A DNA stretch of 248,000 nt from Octopus vulgaris (lineage: Eukaryota): contig OX597815.1 of assembly GCA_951406725.2 (NCBI GenBank), forward strand, positions 189,740,001-189,988,000. The letters are read 5' to 3'. Below are positions 204,401 through 217,931 of the stretch, in pieces; the stretch's first letter is position 1; every line of letters starts with the position of its first letter. A model generated the notes under the pieces. It ran no database searches, had not been told where the DNA came from, and worked only from the letters and a program-made list of their open reading frames with translations. The position numbers and the translations under genes were made by a program.

Positions 204401-205253
204401 GCTGTACAAAAAATATATCTGGAAGTTAAAACAGAATCTGTGCTTTACATGTTTAAATACATTATTATCCTTCTTTTCTGTGTTCCTTAGTTTTTTTATT
204501 TCACATACTCATTGTTAACTCTGAGTTTAGTGACAACACTTACTCTTTTACTCTTTTACTTGCTTCAGTCATTTGACTGTGGCCATGCTGGAACACTACC
204601 TTTTGTCAAGCAAACTTATGTATGTATGTATGTATGTATGTATGTATGTATGTGTGTGTATATGTTTGTGTGTCTGTGTTTGTCCCCCTAACATCACTTG
204701 ACAACCGATGCTGGTGTGTTTACGTCCCCCGTAACTTAGCAGTTCGGCAAAAGAGACCAACAGAATAAGTACTAGGCTTACAAAGAATAAGTCCTGGGGT
204801 CGATTTGCTCGACTAAAGGCCATGCTCCAGCATGGTCAAAGTCAAATGACTGAAACAAGTAAAAGAGTAAAAAAGAGAGAGAACCTATAGCTCTTTCCAT
204901 AATTTCACAACTACACACACACACGCACACACACACATACACATGTATGAATGCATGTATGAATGTGTATGTTTGTATGTGTGTGTCTATGTAGTTGTAT
205001 GTGATTGTGTATTCTTTTACATATTCCATCACTTGAACAAAAGTGTAGCATATGGCACTGTCAGTTTCGCCTGTCAAGAAACCATCTGGGCAATTTGTAT
205101 CTTGTAAGCTGTGTGGAATAAATGATCTCTTGCTTAAAAAAAAGAGGCAAGAATCAGCATCACGAAAAGGCATCTTTGTGAAAGACAATACATTCAATAA
205201 TACATTCTCCCAACCCATGCAACCATGGACAAACTGACGTAAATTAATGAATG

Positions 205254-205329
<76 letters not shown>

Positions 205330-205373
205330 ATATATATATGTGTAGATAGGTAGATAGCTGGATAGATAGATAC

Positions 205374-205421
<48 letters not shown>

Positions 205422-205438
205422 AGATAGGAAGATAGCTG

Positions 205439-205485
<47 letters not shown>

Positions 205486-205879
205486 GGACAGACAGGAAGA
205501 TAGATAGATAGATCAGATTTAATTTAGTTTCTACCAACTGAATTTACTCACAAGGCATTGGTAAGCTTGGGGTTATTGTCAAAGACATTTGCCCAGGTTG
205601 CCAAGCAGTGGAACTGAGCTGGTGTGTGTGTGTATGTGTGTGTGTGTATGTGTGTGTGTGTGTGTGTATGTGTGCCTGTGGGGGCATGTGTGTATGAGTG
205701 TATGTATGTAGGTATTTATGTATATAGGTAGGTAGGTAGCTAGGTACCCCCTCACACACTCACTCATACATACCTCATTAGCATTCGGAGGTTAGTAGTA
205801 CTTTACTAAAAGGAGTTATTTATCTTTATTTTAGTATTAACATTTATATTAAGGAAAATGTCATACCACTTATTTTCTG

Positions 205880-206480
205880 AACACCAGCAATCAATATGCC
205901 AACTTACAGATTTGTAAGGCAGCATCACCATTATCGCATACTTTTAGGACGTAGCTGTTATTTTTGTTTAAAAATAAATACATTTTGTTACTTTGATGTT
206001 GAAAATGACAATCTACAAACATAAAGCATTCTTCGTCTTCAAAAGAACTATTTAATCAATGTAACATTTTCCTGTCCAATGGACACCTTTTGGCATCGAT
206101 TTGTCAGAAAATATTTTGGATTATCTGATCTCATAAATTCATCATTTTGTAGATAAAAGCTAAGAAAATAAAAATACCGTATATGCAATATCTAGTTTCA
206201 TCTGTTGCTAGATTAACAATGTTCCTTGATGCTGCCTGAGTTATTCTCATCTATGGTAATTGTTCAACCAATAGGAAACACTTCAGTTAATTCCTTGCAG
206301 AAAGAAGAACGTTATTCCTCCATTATTGAATCACTAATTTCTATCTACACAAATTTCCTTTAAAACATAATCTTCAAAAGCTTCACAGAACCTTTGAATG
206401 GAGGAGACAAAATAAGGATTTGACTATTAGCAGTCAGTCTTTCTACTCTGCAGTTACTCTTCATGCTGAGTAAACTTCAG
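205880..206480 (-). pseudogene. Highly decayed CR1/L2-type RT fragment
   Basis: Remnants such as FLTNRCQKVSI in stop-rich frames. Confidence 0.4.
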
Positions 206481-206747
206481 TAGAATATCAAAACACTCAT
206501 GCATAATACGTGTCTTTTGTTAATATTTTAGTTCAACTAAAAATTATGCTTATTTATATAACATTATCAACCAAACTTGTTTTATTCGTAACAAAATAAA
206601 GGCGAACTCTCCCTGAGTTTGCTTTGATTATAGACGTAAATTAACTACAGCAACTTTATATGCGAACAAGTGAGTGACTTCAAGCAGCTTCTACAGCTTT
206701 GCTAAAATGAATTCATAACAAATTATACTTGCCAAGTAAAATGGAAT

Positions 206748-207170
206748 CTTTTCGGTTTGAACGGCAGTTTTTTCTAGCGGTGTCATATGAAATTGTCACC
206801 CATAATTATGACCCTAGTATTGATCTATTGCATTTCAATCTTCTTTAGGGTTAGGGTTAGATAGGGTTAGGGGTGGGGGAGGTTATCTTTTTTTCTTCAC
206901 AAATGTAAATAAACCCAATGTGTTTCTTAAACGAGGGACATATTCATACAGCACATAATGTTTTTTACCTCAATAGACGTCATTGATTGGTTGAAATTGC
207001 AGAAATTGAAGAGAAAAAAACAACAAATATCTTACAAACTATAGAATTTTCTCAATAAAGCCAAGAGAAAAAGATGTTTTATAAACACATTCTACCAGTA
207101 TACGAAGTTTTAAAATTTTTTTAGTTACCTAGAAATTATGTTAAAAACTGCCGTTCAAACCGAAAAGATC
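206748..207170. mobile_element. MITE with about 30-bp TIRs starting GG
   Basis: TCTTTTCGGTTTGAACGGCAGTTTTT / AAAAACTGCCGTTCAAACCGAAAAGATCC; GTAAAAT direct repeat on both flanks; inverted sister copy at 151887-152297. Confidence 0.7.
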
Positions 207171-208815
207171 CGTAAAATGAGATATTCCAGGCCATTTCTA
207201 TGCTTTATCAATAAACTGATGAGTGCATTAAGGACTTAATCCTGTGTCAATGATTTCTATAGTTTAGTCCTGGAAACTGCTATAAATTTGCTGCTCAAAC
207301 AATAAAGTCATCAATTCTATTGTTTCTTTCCATTTCATCAGTTTTTTTCTTTTTTTATTAGTTTCAGTAATTGTTTTAGGATTTTTGTAGAGCAAAGTAA
207401 AGCTGTTCCTATTGTTAGATTAACTAGAAGGTCTGTCGTGCACAGGCTTTGATTTCTTAATGGATGGAGTTTTTCGTCGTCATCGTTATCATCATCATCA
207501 TCGTCATTATCATCATCATCATCGTCATTATCATCATCATCATCATCATCATTACTGTCGTCATTATCATTATTGTCATCACCATCATCATCATCGTCAT
207601 TGTCATCAACATCACCATTCTCATCATCATCATCATCATCTTCATCATTGCCATCATCGTCATCATTGTTGTCGTCAGCATCATCACTATCATCATCGTC
207701 ATCATCACTGCCATCACCATCATCATCACCATCACCATCAGCATCATTAACATTGCCATCATCGTCATCATTGTTGTCGTCAGCATCATCACAATCATCA
207801 TCATTGTCATCATCACTGCCATCATCATCAGCAGCACCATCAGCATCATCAACATTGCCATCATCGTCATCATTGTTGTCGTCAACATCATCACTATCAT
207901 TATCATTGTCATCACTACCATCATCATCATCATCATCATTCCCATCATCACCATCAGCATCAATGCTTTAATTACGATATTGTTGCTTAAGATCCCAGTA
208001 AGCTTTGATTGAACAAACCATTAATCAAAGGCATTCCTTGATCTGACCATTCTCTCTGTTCGCATATTAGGGGCAATGCTATCGTCCCTATTACCATATC
208101 ATAGCTTATGACCTTTCTACCTGTTCACATATTGAGGACTGTTACAATCCAGTGCGTGCTTTCTTTTATACAAGCCGACAAAGTGTGATTTAAGGGACAT
208201 TCCCCTACCGACTTTAGCAGCTAATCTAATCACAAAAAGAATCCATTATAAGTCTTCTACTCTATGTGGATATTCTATTGGGTTGGTGCATAATTATTGC
208301 AGCATTTTTCAACAAATTTTATTCAACAAAAACAACTTTAAATGATTATTCCGGAGCATATTCACCATCTACTTCAATTACTGTTTCCCATTTGCTTGGC
208401 AGATGGTCAGACCATCATTTAACCCTTTCATTACTGTATTTATTTTGAGATGCTCTGTGTTTCTTTCAATTACTTTAAATATAACAAAAAACTTAGTAAA
208501 ATATCTTAGTTATCATTAAGTCAGTGTTAGGAACATAAATTATGACTAAGGTTTGGTGGAAGATTTTAATTCAAAACCGATAGAAACAAGACATTTGTAC
208601 TTTTGAATTAAAATCTTCCACCAAACCTTAGTCATAATTTATGTTCCTAACACTAACTTAATGATAACTAAGATATTTTTCTAAATTTTTTGTTATATTT
208701 AAAGTAATTGAAAGAAACACAGAGCATCTCAAAAGATGTTTTTGTTAAATATTGTTATTGTTTTTGTTGAATAAAATTTGTTGAAAAAAAGCCACAATAA
208801 TTATACATTAACCCA

Positions 208816-208848
<33 letters not shown>

Positions 208849-210642
208849 CTGCATTTGAGCATAATTATTGTTGCTTTTTTTCAACAAATTTTATTCAACA
208901 AAAACTACAACAATATTTAACAAAAACACCTTTAAATGATTATTCCGGAGTATATTCACCATCTACTTCTATTACTGCTTCTCATTTGCTTTGCAGATGG
209001 TCAGACCATCATTTAAAGATGTTTTCGTTAAATCAAATTTGTTGAAAAAAAGCTGCAATGAATATGTACCAACCCAATATGTTCCTATACCTATTGGATA
209101 GGTTTCCAGTTCAGCATATTACTACTCGTCTCAATATTCGTGACAAATCCCCAATTTGTCCCAGTGTCCAGATGTCTGTTCTCATCATTTTTCTTCAACT
209201 CATTCTCATGTTCTCTCTCTCTGCAAACTGACCCTGTACCATGTATGATGCTTTTCTTTATCAAGTCTCATGTAGGCAATGACAAGTGGCCGAGGCTTTT
209301 GAGGATGTGCTGTGCTTGAGAAGACACATCAAGCAAAGTGAAATTGTAGCTGTGGCCGGTGCCAGTGGAACGTGAAAGGTACCTGTGCCGATGACACGTA
209401 AAAGGCACCCAGTCCACTCTGTAGAGTGGTCGGCATTAGGAAGGGCTTCTAGTTATAGAAACTATGCTAAAGCAGACCTTGCCAATACTGGTGCCACATG
209501 AAAATTACTCAGTCCACACTGTAAAGTGGTTGGCATTAGGAAGGGCACCCAGCTGTAGAAATGAAGGTAAAACAGACAATTGGAGTCTGGTGCAGCTCTG
209601 CAGCCAACCCATTCCGGTCAAACTATGTAACCCATGCTAATTGGAAAATGGAGGCTAAATGATAATCAGGAGGAGGGAGGGGAGGAGGAGGAGGAGAAGG
209701 AGGGTGAGGAGGTGGAGGAAAAGGAGGAGGAGGAGAATGACGATTATGATGATGAGGAGAAGGAAGAGGAGGACGATTATGAGGAGGAAGAGGAGATGGA
209801 GGAGGAGGAAGAAGAGGTGGAGGAGGAGGAAGAAGTGGTGGAGGAGGAGGAAGAAGGGGTGGAGGAGGACGAAGAGGTGGACGATTAGATGATGAGGAGG
209901 AGGAAGAGGTAGAGGGTGGGGATGATGACAATGGTGATGAGAAGGAGGAGAAGGAGGATGACGATTATGATGATGATGATGAGAAGGAAGAGGGAGTGGA
210001 GAATGATGATGATGATAATTCCTCTGTCTTTACACATTCTGTGTTTCTACAAATACAATTCTCTAACTCTTACACACACACACACATGCTAATTCCTTTA
210101 AACGACCTGCTGTTCGCTCAGCTCCCTAGCGTTACATCTTTTTACACTGATTAGTATGGTGACCTATAATGGAGTTCACCTCACATCTCTAGAATGCCTC
210201 TGCTACAGGACATTCGTATTCTTACATCTCATTGAAAAATGGCCACATTCCAACATCTAAGCCATTGTTATTATCAATCCAATACCAAACAGACTCTAAC
210301 ATTTATATCTGGTGATTCATCTGAGCACTCTATTTCATTGGTTGTGTGACCCCTATCTGATCTGGTGCCTATGAGGGAATTCCTATGCAGTTGATCAACC
210401 CAGTAAAAACAGCAGTCAAATCTCTGATAGATTACATTTTATCATGTTAAAAATAAAGGACATATTAGATAATATAGTCTTGGATTACCCTAAAAAATGA
210501 TGGAATAGTCGTGTCTGGAATATATCTCATCATAGGTGCCCTTAATATTAACCTAGAGCTGAACAACAACAACAACAGCAAAAAAAAAAAACAATGAACC
210601 CAGTGCATATCTTCCACAAATGTTAGTATTTCCAATGATACA

Positions 210643-213143
210643 AGGCAGTGAGCTGGCAGAAACATTAGCACACTGGGCGAAATACTTAGTGGTATTTCGT
210701 CTGTCATTACATTCTGAGTTCAAATTCCGCCGAGGTCGAATTTGCCTTTCATCCTTTCAGGGTCGATAAATTAAGTACCAGTTGCATACTGGATCAATCT
210801 AATCAAAATTTCAGGCCTTGTGCCTAGAATAGAAAAGAATATTATACAGAATGTAAGGCGGCAAGCTGGCAGAAACGTTAACACTCCGGGCGAAATGCTT
210901 AGTAGTATTTCATCTGTCTTTACATTCTGCGTTCAAATTCTGCTAAAGTCGACTTTGCTTTTCATTCTTTCTGGGTCGATCGATAAATTAAGTACCAGTT
211001 GCATACTGGATCAATCTAATCAACTGGACCCCTCCCTTAAAATTTCAGGCCTTGTGCCTAGAATAGAAAAGAATATTATACAGAATGTAAGGTGGCAAGC
211101 TGGCAGAAACGTTAACACTCCGGGCGAAATGCTTAGTAGTATTTCATCTGTCTTTACATTCTGCGTTCAAATTCTGCTAAGGTCGACTTTGCTTTTCATT
211201 CTTTCTGGGTCGATAAATTAAGTACCAGTTGCATACTGGATCAATCTAATCAACTGGACCCCTCCCTTAAAATTTCAGGCCTTGTGCCTAGAATAGAAAA
211301 GAATATTATACAGAATGTAAGGCGGCGAGCTGGCAGAAACGTTAACACTCCGGGCGAAATGCTTAGTAGTATTTCATCTGTCTTTACATTCTGCGTTCAA
211401 ATTCTGCTAAGGTCGACTTTGCTTTTCATTCTTTCTGGGTCGATAAATTAAGTACCAGTTGCATACTGGATCAATCTAATCAACTGGCCTCCTCCCTCAA
211501 AATTTCAGGCCTTGTGCCTAGAATAGAAAAGAATATTATACAGAATGTAAGGCGGCAAGCTGGCAGAAACGTTAACACTCCGGGCGAAATGCTTAGTAGT
211601 ATTTCATCTGTCTTTACATTCTGCGTTCAAATTCTGCTAAGGTCGACTTTGCTTTTCATTCTTTCTGGGTCGATAAATTAAGTACCAGTTGCATACTGGA
211701 TCAATCTAATCAACTGGCCTCCTCCCTTAAAATTTCAGGCCTTGTGCCTAGAATAGAAAAGAATATTATACAGAATGTAAGGCGGCAAGCTGGCAGAAAC
211801 GTTAACACTCCGGGCGAAATGCTTAGTAGTATTTCATCTGTCTTTACATTCTGCGTTCAAATTCTGCTAAAGTCGACTTTGCTTTTCATTCTTTCTGGGT
211901 CGATAAATTAAGTACCAGTTGCATACTGGATCAATCTAATCAACTGGCCTCCTCCCTCAAAATTTCAGGCCTTGTGCCTAGAATAGAAAAGAATATTATA
212001 CAGAATGTAAGGCGGCGAGCTGGCAGAAACGTTAACACTCCGGGCGAAATGCTTAGTAGTATTTCATCTGTCTTTACATTCTGCGTTCAAATTCTGCTAA
212101 AGTCGACTTTGCTTTTCATTCTTTCTGGGTCGATAAATTAAGTACCAGTTGCATACTGGATCAATCTAATCAACTGGCCCCTCCCTCAAAATTTCAGGCC
212201 TTGTGCCTAGAATAGAAAAGAATATTATACAGAATGTAAGGTGGCAAGCTGGCAGAAACGTTAACACTCCGGGCGAAATGCTTAGTAGTATTTCATCTGT
212301 CTTTACATTCTGCGTTCAAATTCTGCTAAAGTCGACTTTGCTTTTCATTCTTTCTGGGTCGATAAATTAAGTACCAGTTGCATACTGGATCAATCTAATC
212401 AACTGGACCCCTCCCTCAAAATTTCAGGCCTTGTGCCTAGAATAGAAAAGAATATTATACAGAATGTAAGGTGGCAAGCTGGCAGAAACGTTAACACTCC
212501 GGGCGAAATGCTTAGTAGTATTTCATCTGTCTTTACATTCTGCGTTCAAATTCTGCTAAAGTCGACTTTGCTTTTCATTCTTTCTGGGTCGATAAATTAA
212601 GTACCAGTTGCATACTGGATCAATCTAATCAACTGGACCCCTCCCTCAAAATTTCAGGCCTTGTGCCTAGAATAGAAAAGAATATTATACAGAATGTAAG
212701 GTGGCAAGCTGGCAGAAACGTTAACACTCCGGGCGAAATGCTTAGTAGTATTTCATCTGTCTTTACATTCTGCGTTCAAATTCTGCTAAAGTCGACTTTG
212801 CTTTTCATTCTTTCTGGGTCGATAAATTAAGTACCAGTTGCATACTGGATCAATCTAATCAACTGGCCTCCTCCCTCAAAATTTCAGGCCTTGTGCCTAG
212901 AATAGAAAAGAATATTATACAGAATGTAAGGTGGCAAGCTGGCAGAAACGTTAACACTCCGGGCGAAATGCTTTGTAGTATTTCATCTGTCTTTACATTC
213001 TGCGTTCAAATTCTGCTAAGGTCGACTTTGCTTTTCATTCTTTCTGGGTCGATAAATTAAGTACCAGTTGCATACTATGGTCGATCTAATCAACTGGGGC
213101 CCTCCCCAAAAATTTCGGGCCTTGTGCTTAGAGTAGAAAAGAA
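210643..213143 (+). repeat. Tandem array of 11 x about 230 bp, each unit a complete short SINE
   Basis: Unit starts at about 210643, 210855, 211089, 211319, 211549, 211779, 212009, 212238, 212468, 212698 and 212928. Confidence 0.95.
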
Positions 213144-213351
213144 TATTTCTAATGATACATTAGATATATTTATCCCTGTATGAACAGAGTTAATTGCTTG
213201 ACCTTTCGATGATACAAGGCTCCCATCAACAACAGGTTCTACCTATTGATTTGTATCAGAGGGGGCAACCAATTACATCAACACCAGCGCTAAAGTGGTA
213301 TTTATAGTATTGATCCTGAGACAATGAAAGACAAATTTAACCTCAGAAAGG

Positions 213352-213581
213352 TTTAACCCTTTAGTGTTTGCATTATTCTGCCAAAATTAATGCTTTTTTA
213401 TCCACATTGTTTTGAACTAATCATGCATTATCTTGTAGCTCTGAGATTTCAATGAGGTAGCTGTTAATTTTTAAAACGATATTGTAGGGTTGGTGTGAGA
213501 GACCAGATCTCGCCAGTTTGAACATAAAACAAGCAGAATACTTTTGGCCGGACATGGCCGGTTTAAATGCTAAAGGGTTAA
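213352..213581. mobile_element. Second piggyBac-like MITE family
   Basis: TTAACCCTTTAG...CTAAAGGGTTAA; related copies near 69289-69500, 129532-129755 and 234820-235330. Confidence 0.6.
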
Positions 213582-213896
213582 ACTCAGAACATAAAGAGCC
213601 CTAACTACATACAGCAATGTATTTTGCCCAGAGCTCTGATGATTCTATCAATCACCCAGCTTATGTATATTTGTAATATACAATCTTTTTTGATGATTGA
213701 TTATCTCATGAGAAAAGGGAAGAAATACTTCATCATAAATTTATATTCTCAATGAAGCAACACTAAACTTAAACATTATCTTCACAAAATTTGGGATGTT
213801 TTAAACCAAGTTGTCATAATATGGTCCTTTAACCTCATATGCAGCCTTATTGTATAGGCTTCCTGCCAATTTATTCTGTTTTATTAAGAAGTCAGG

Positions 213897-214305
213897 AGGC
213901 GCAGGAGTGGCTGTGTGGTAAGTAGCTTGTTTACCAACCACATGGTTCCGGGTTCAGTCCCACTGCGTGGTACCTTGGGCAAGTGTCTTCTACTATAGCC
214001 TCGGGCCGACCAAAGCCTTGTGAGTGGATTTGGTAGACGGAAACTGAAAGAAGCCCATCGTATATATGTATATATATGCGTGTGTGTGTTTGTGTGTCTG
214101 TGTTTGTCCCCCTAGCATTGCTTGACAACCGATGCTGGTGTGTTTATGTCACCGTTACTTAGCGGTTCGGCAAAAGAGACCGATAGAATAAGTACTGGGC
214201 TTACAAAAGAATAAGTCCCAGGGTCGAGTTGCTCGATTAAAGGCGGTGCTCCAGCATGGCCGCAGTCAAATGACTGAAACAAGTAAAAGAGTAAAAGAGT
214301 AGAGT
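213897..214305 (+). mobile_element. CORE-type tRNA-derived SINE (OR2-like), representative copy; roughly 45 full or partial copies in the window
   Basis: Head GCAGGAGTGGCTGTGTGGTAAGTAGC with GGTTCAGTCC B-box-like motif, ACCTTGGGCAAGT core, internal (TA/TG)n, (GTAAAAGA)n tail. Other copies include 5985-6392, 35572-35985, 61183-61600, 115470-115875, 144758-145160, 177115-177520, 190915-191320 and 218045-218465. Confidence 0.85.
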
Positions 214306-215219
214306 AAGTCAGGATTGATATAAATATGAAGAAAACAGAATGTAGGTGCTATTAAACTAAGTAAAACACTGAATTTCATGTTCAGTCCCTATACAAGGTT
214401 TTCAGCTCAGTCCTACCACAGGGCACCTGGAACAAGTGCTCTCTATTATAGCCCCAGGTCAACTAAAGCCTTGTGAGTGGATTTGCTGGACAGAAACTGA
214501 AAGAAACGTTGGAAACTTGAGAATAAAAGAAGCTATTTTAATTAACAAGCACACACATGAATTAATAACAGATTTGAACTGCACCCAACTGATTTTATAC
214601 TAGCGTAATGCAAATCAAACCTTTATGCATTTGCACTACAAAGCAAGGAAATCAGCTACCAATATTTTCTTCATCAGAAACAGGAGACAGAGGAAAGTCC
214701 AAGAGAAATGGAAGACAGGGGAAAAGCTCACTAACGATCCACATGTAGTTACATTTTGAAGCAAATATATATATATATATATGTAAGTTCACTTAGAAGT
214801 TTGATGAGCCTCATTAAGGTATAGTAATATCGAATGAATTACTGGTTCGTTACCTAATATTTGTTGTGAATATTAATTATAATACTCATGAATAATAGGT
214901 AATTAGATAAACCAAGGTTTATATTTATTCAAGAAAAATAAGAAATTGGAGATAAATCAATTAATAAGTATATTCATTAACTGCAAAAATAAACATAATC
215001 TCTAATGGCGATGATGATGATGTTTATTTTTGCAGTTAATGAATATACTTATTGATTGATTTATCGCTCATTTCTTATTTTATATATATGCACACACACA
215101 CATATATATTTAATTAAAGACTATGTTAACCTCAGAAGAGATGGTTGCTTCCAAGGAAATACTGGTTCAATATCTAGTCCTTTTGGTGAATGAAATTCTC
215201 TTAAAGCAATAGGTATATA

Positions 215220-216513
215220 TCAGGTCATACCATAAGTTCTGTCCGATTTTACCTTTTTTAAAATCGAATGGAATTTTATAGTATTTTTTAATGTCTAATG
215301 GAATTAAAAGTTATTTTTAGGCATTTATGTACATTTAAACTCATTAAGTATTATTTTACAAAATAATAGAATTAAAATTTCTTTGATTAAAACCTTTTCT
215401 AACATGGAAGTATCCAAAGAGCATTTAAGGCACATAATGCTTTATGAGTACAAAAAAGGAAACTCTGAAGCCGAAGCAACTTGAAACACAAACTCAGTTT
215501 AAGGGGAAGAATGCTTGAATGAAAGAACTTGCAGTAGATGGTTTGCAAAATTCAGAAGTGGAGATTTCAGCCTTGAAGATGAAGATCAAACTGGATGTCA
215601 AGTTGAGTTTGATGATAAGCTCCTTGAGGCACTAGTTAAAGAAAATCCTGTATTATCAGTTGAAAAACTAGCAATAAAGCTTAGTTCAAACCATACAACT
215701 GTTCATCATCATCTTCAACAACTTGGAAAGGTTCTTAAACTTGGAAAATGGGTGCCTCATGAATTGTCCGAAAGCAACCACAAATCCCGAGTTGACATCT
215801 GCTCTTCTCTCCATTCTCGTGAACTCATTTCACCCTTTTTGGATAGACTTGTGACTGGTGATGAAAAATGGATCTTCTATTGAAATGTTAACTGTCATAA
215901 ACAGTGGCTTGGTAAAATGGAAACAGCTCAATCACAACCGAGAAGGGAACTTCATGGGAAAAAGGTTCTTCTCTCTATCTGCTGGAATTGCAAAGGAGTA
216001 ATTCACTTTGAATTGTTACCACCTAATGCAACAATCACTGCTCAAGTCTCCTGTCAGCAATTAGAGTGTTTAAACCAAGCTTTGAAGACAAAAAGACCCG
216101 CTTTAGTGAATTGAAAAGGAGTGATGTTTCATCAGGACAATGCATGACCCCACACTGCAAAGATCACATCACAGAAGATCGAAGAGCTTGGTTGGGAAAA
216201 AATTCCTCATCCACCTTATTCTCCCGACCTTGCTCCTTCAGACTATCATTTGTTTTGTAGTTTACAGAATCATTTGGGGTGGGGGGACATAATTTTCACA
216301 AGTCAGTAGGAGGTCGAAACTGACATTTCTGAGTTCTTCACTTTGAAACCAAAAGAGTTTTAAATTGATGGGATTAAAAAGCTTGTAAATAGATGGAAGG
216401 AATTCATAGATAATCAGGGAAAGTACATTGATGATTAAATTTCAATTAAATATAACATTTGATCACTTGTTTTCTTTATTCAAATTTCGGACAGAACTTA
216501 TGGGATGACCTGA
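215220..216513 (+). mobile_element. Full-length inactive mariner transposon with TIRs and TA target duplication
   Basis: TIRs TCAGGTCATACCATAAGTTCTGTCCGA / TCGGACAGAACTTATGGGATGACCTGA, TA on both sides. Confidence 0.95.
215404..216438 (+). pseudogene. Mariner transposase with in-frame stop codons
   Basis: WVPHEL, VTGDEKW, HQDNA*PH, HPPYSPDLAPSDYHLF. Confidence 0.93.
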
Positions 216514-217086
216514 TATTAAGCATATAGTTTATATCCGTTTAATAGTAGAAAAGAAAATGGAGATAAGGAAGTTAATAATTGTTTATTATTAACAACTAAT
216601 CGCTCATTTTCCCTTCTTACAGACATTTCAATTAATACTCAGTAATTTAATTACAAATTTCTACATTAAATTTGCATTTATGTGAAGTGAAGCCCACATA
216701 TAACATCCAAATGTACATCTTTTACCCTTAATGAATTTGTAATTAAATTATTGAGTATTAATTGAAACAGCTGTAAGAAGCCAATTTGTTGTTAATAATA
216801 ATCAATTAACTCCCTAACCTCCATTTTCTTTTCTTCTTTTAAATGGATATAAACTATGTATATATTTCTTTATTGCCGACAGGGGGCTAGACATAGAGGG
216901 GACAAACAAGGACAGTGCAAAAGTATTAAGTCGATTACATCGACCCCAGTGCGTAACTGGTACTTATTTAATCAACCCCGAGAAGATGAAAGGCAAAGCC
217001 GATCTCAGGAGAAATTTGAACTCAGAACATAACAGCAGTAGAAATAATACTAAGCATTTCGCCCGGCATGCTAACGTTTCTGCCAG

Positions 217087-217128
<42 letters not shown>

Positions 217129-217134
217129 TGTGCA

Positions 217135-217199
<65 letters not shown>

Positions 217200-217894
217200 A
217201 CATATATATACACGCACACATATGTTTTACTCTTTCACTCTTTTACTTGTCTCAGTCATTTGACTGTGGCCATGCTGGAGCAGTGCCTTTAGTTGAGCAA
217301 ATCAGCCCCAGGACTTATTCTTTGTAAGAGACTGGTAGAATAAGTACTAACTTATTCTACCGGTCTCTTTTGCCGAATCACTAAGTTATGGGGATGTAAA
217401 CACACCAGCATCAGTTGTCAAGCGATGTTAGCGGGGGCAAACACAGACACACACACACATACACACACACACATATATATATATACATATATATGATGGG
217501 CTTCTTTCAGTTTCTGTCTACCAAATCCACTCTCAAGGCTTTTGTTGGCCCAAGGCTATAGTAGAAGTCACTTGCCCAAGGTGCCACGCAGTGGGACTGA
217601 ACCCGGAACTATGTGGTTGGTAAGCAAGCTGCTTACCACACAGCCACTCCTGGTAAATATGCATGTTTTGGTGAGTATGCATATGTATATGTTTGTGTCT
217701 CCTAGTCTTGACATCACATGATTGCTGTAAATTGATATCATTTAATTTCAATATTCTGCAAAAACATGTCTGGCCATGGAAAAATATTATTTGGCTCAGC
217801 AACAGGAAAGGCACCTGTCTCACTGAAACCCCTTCCAACCCATGCAAGCATAGAGAAGGGGACATTAAAATAATGATGGTGATGGTGATGATGG

Positions 217895-217931
<37 letters not shown>

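Noticed and set aside
210643-213143. CRISPR, 5S or tRNA gene array
   Set aside because: The whole unit repeats without variable spacers and matches dispersed SINE copies.
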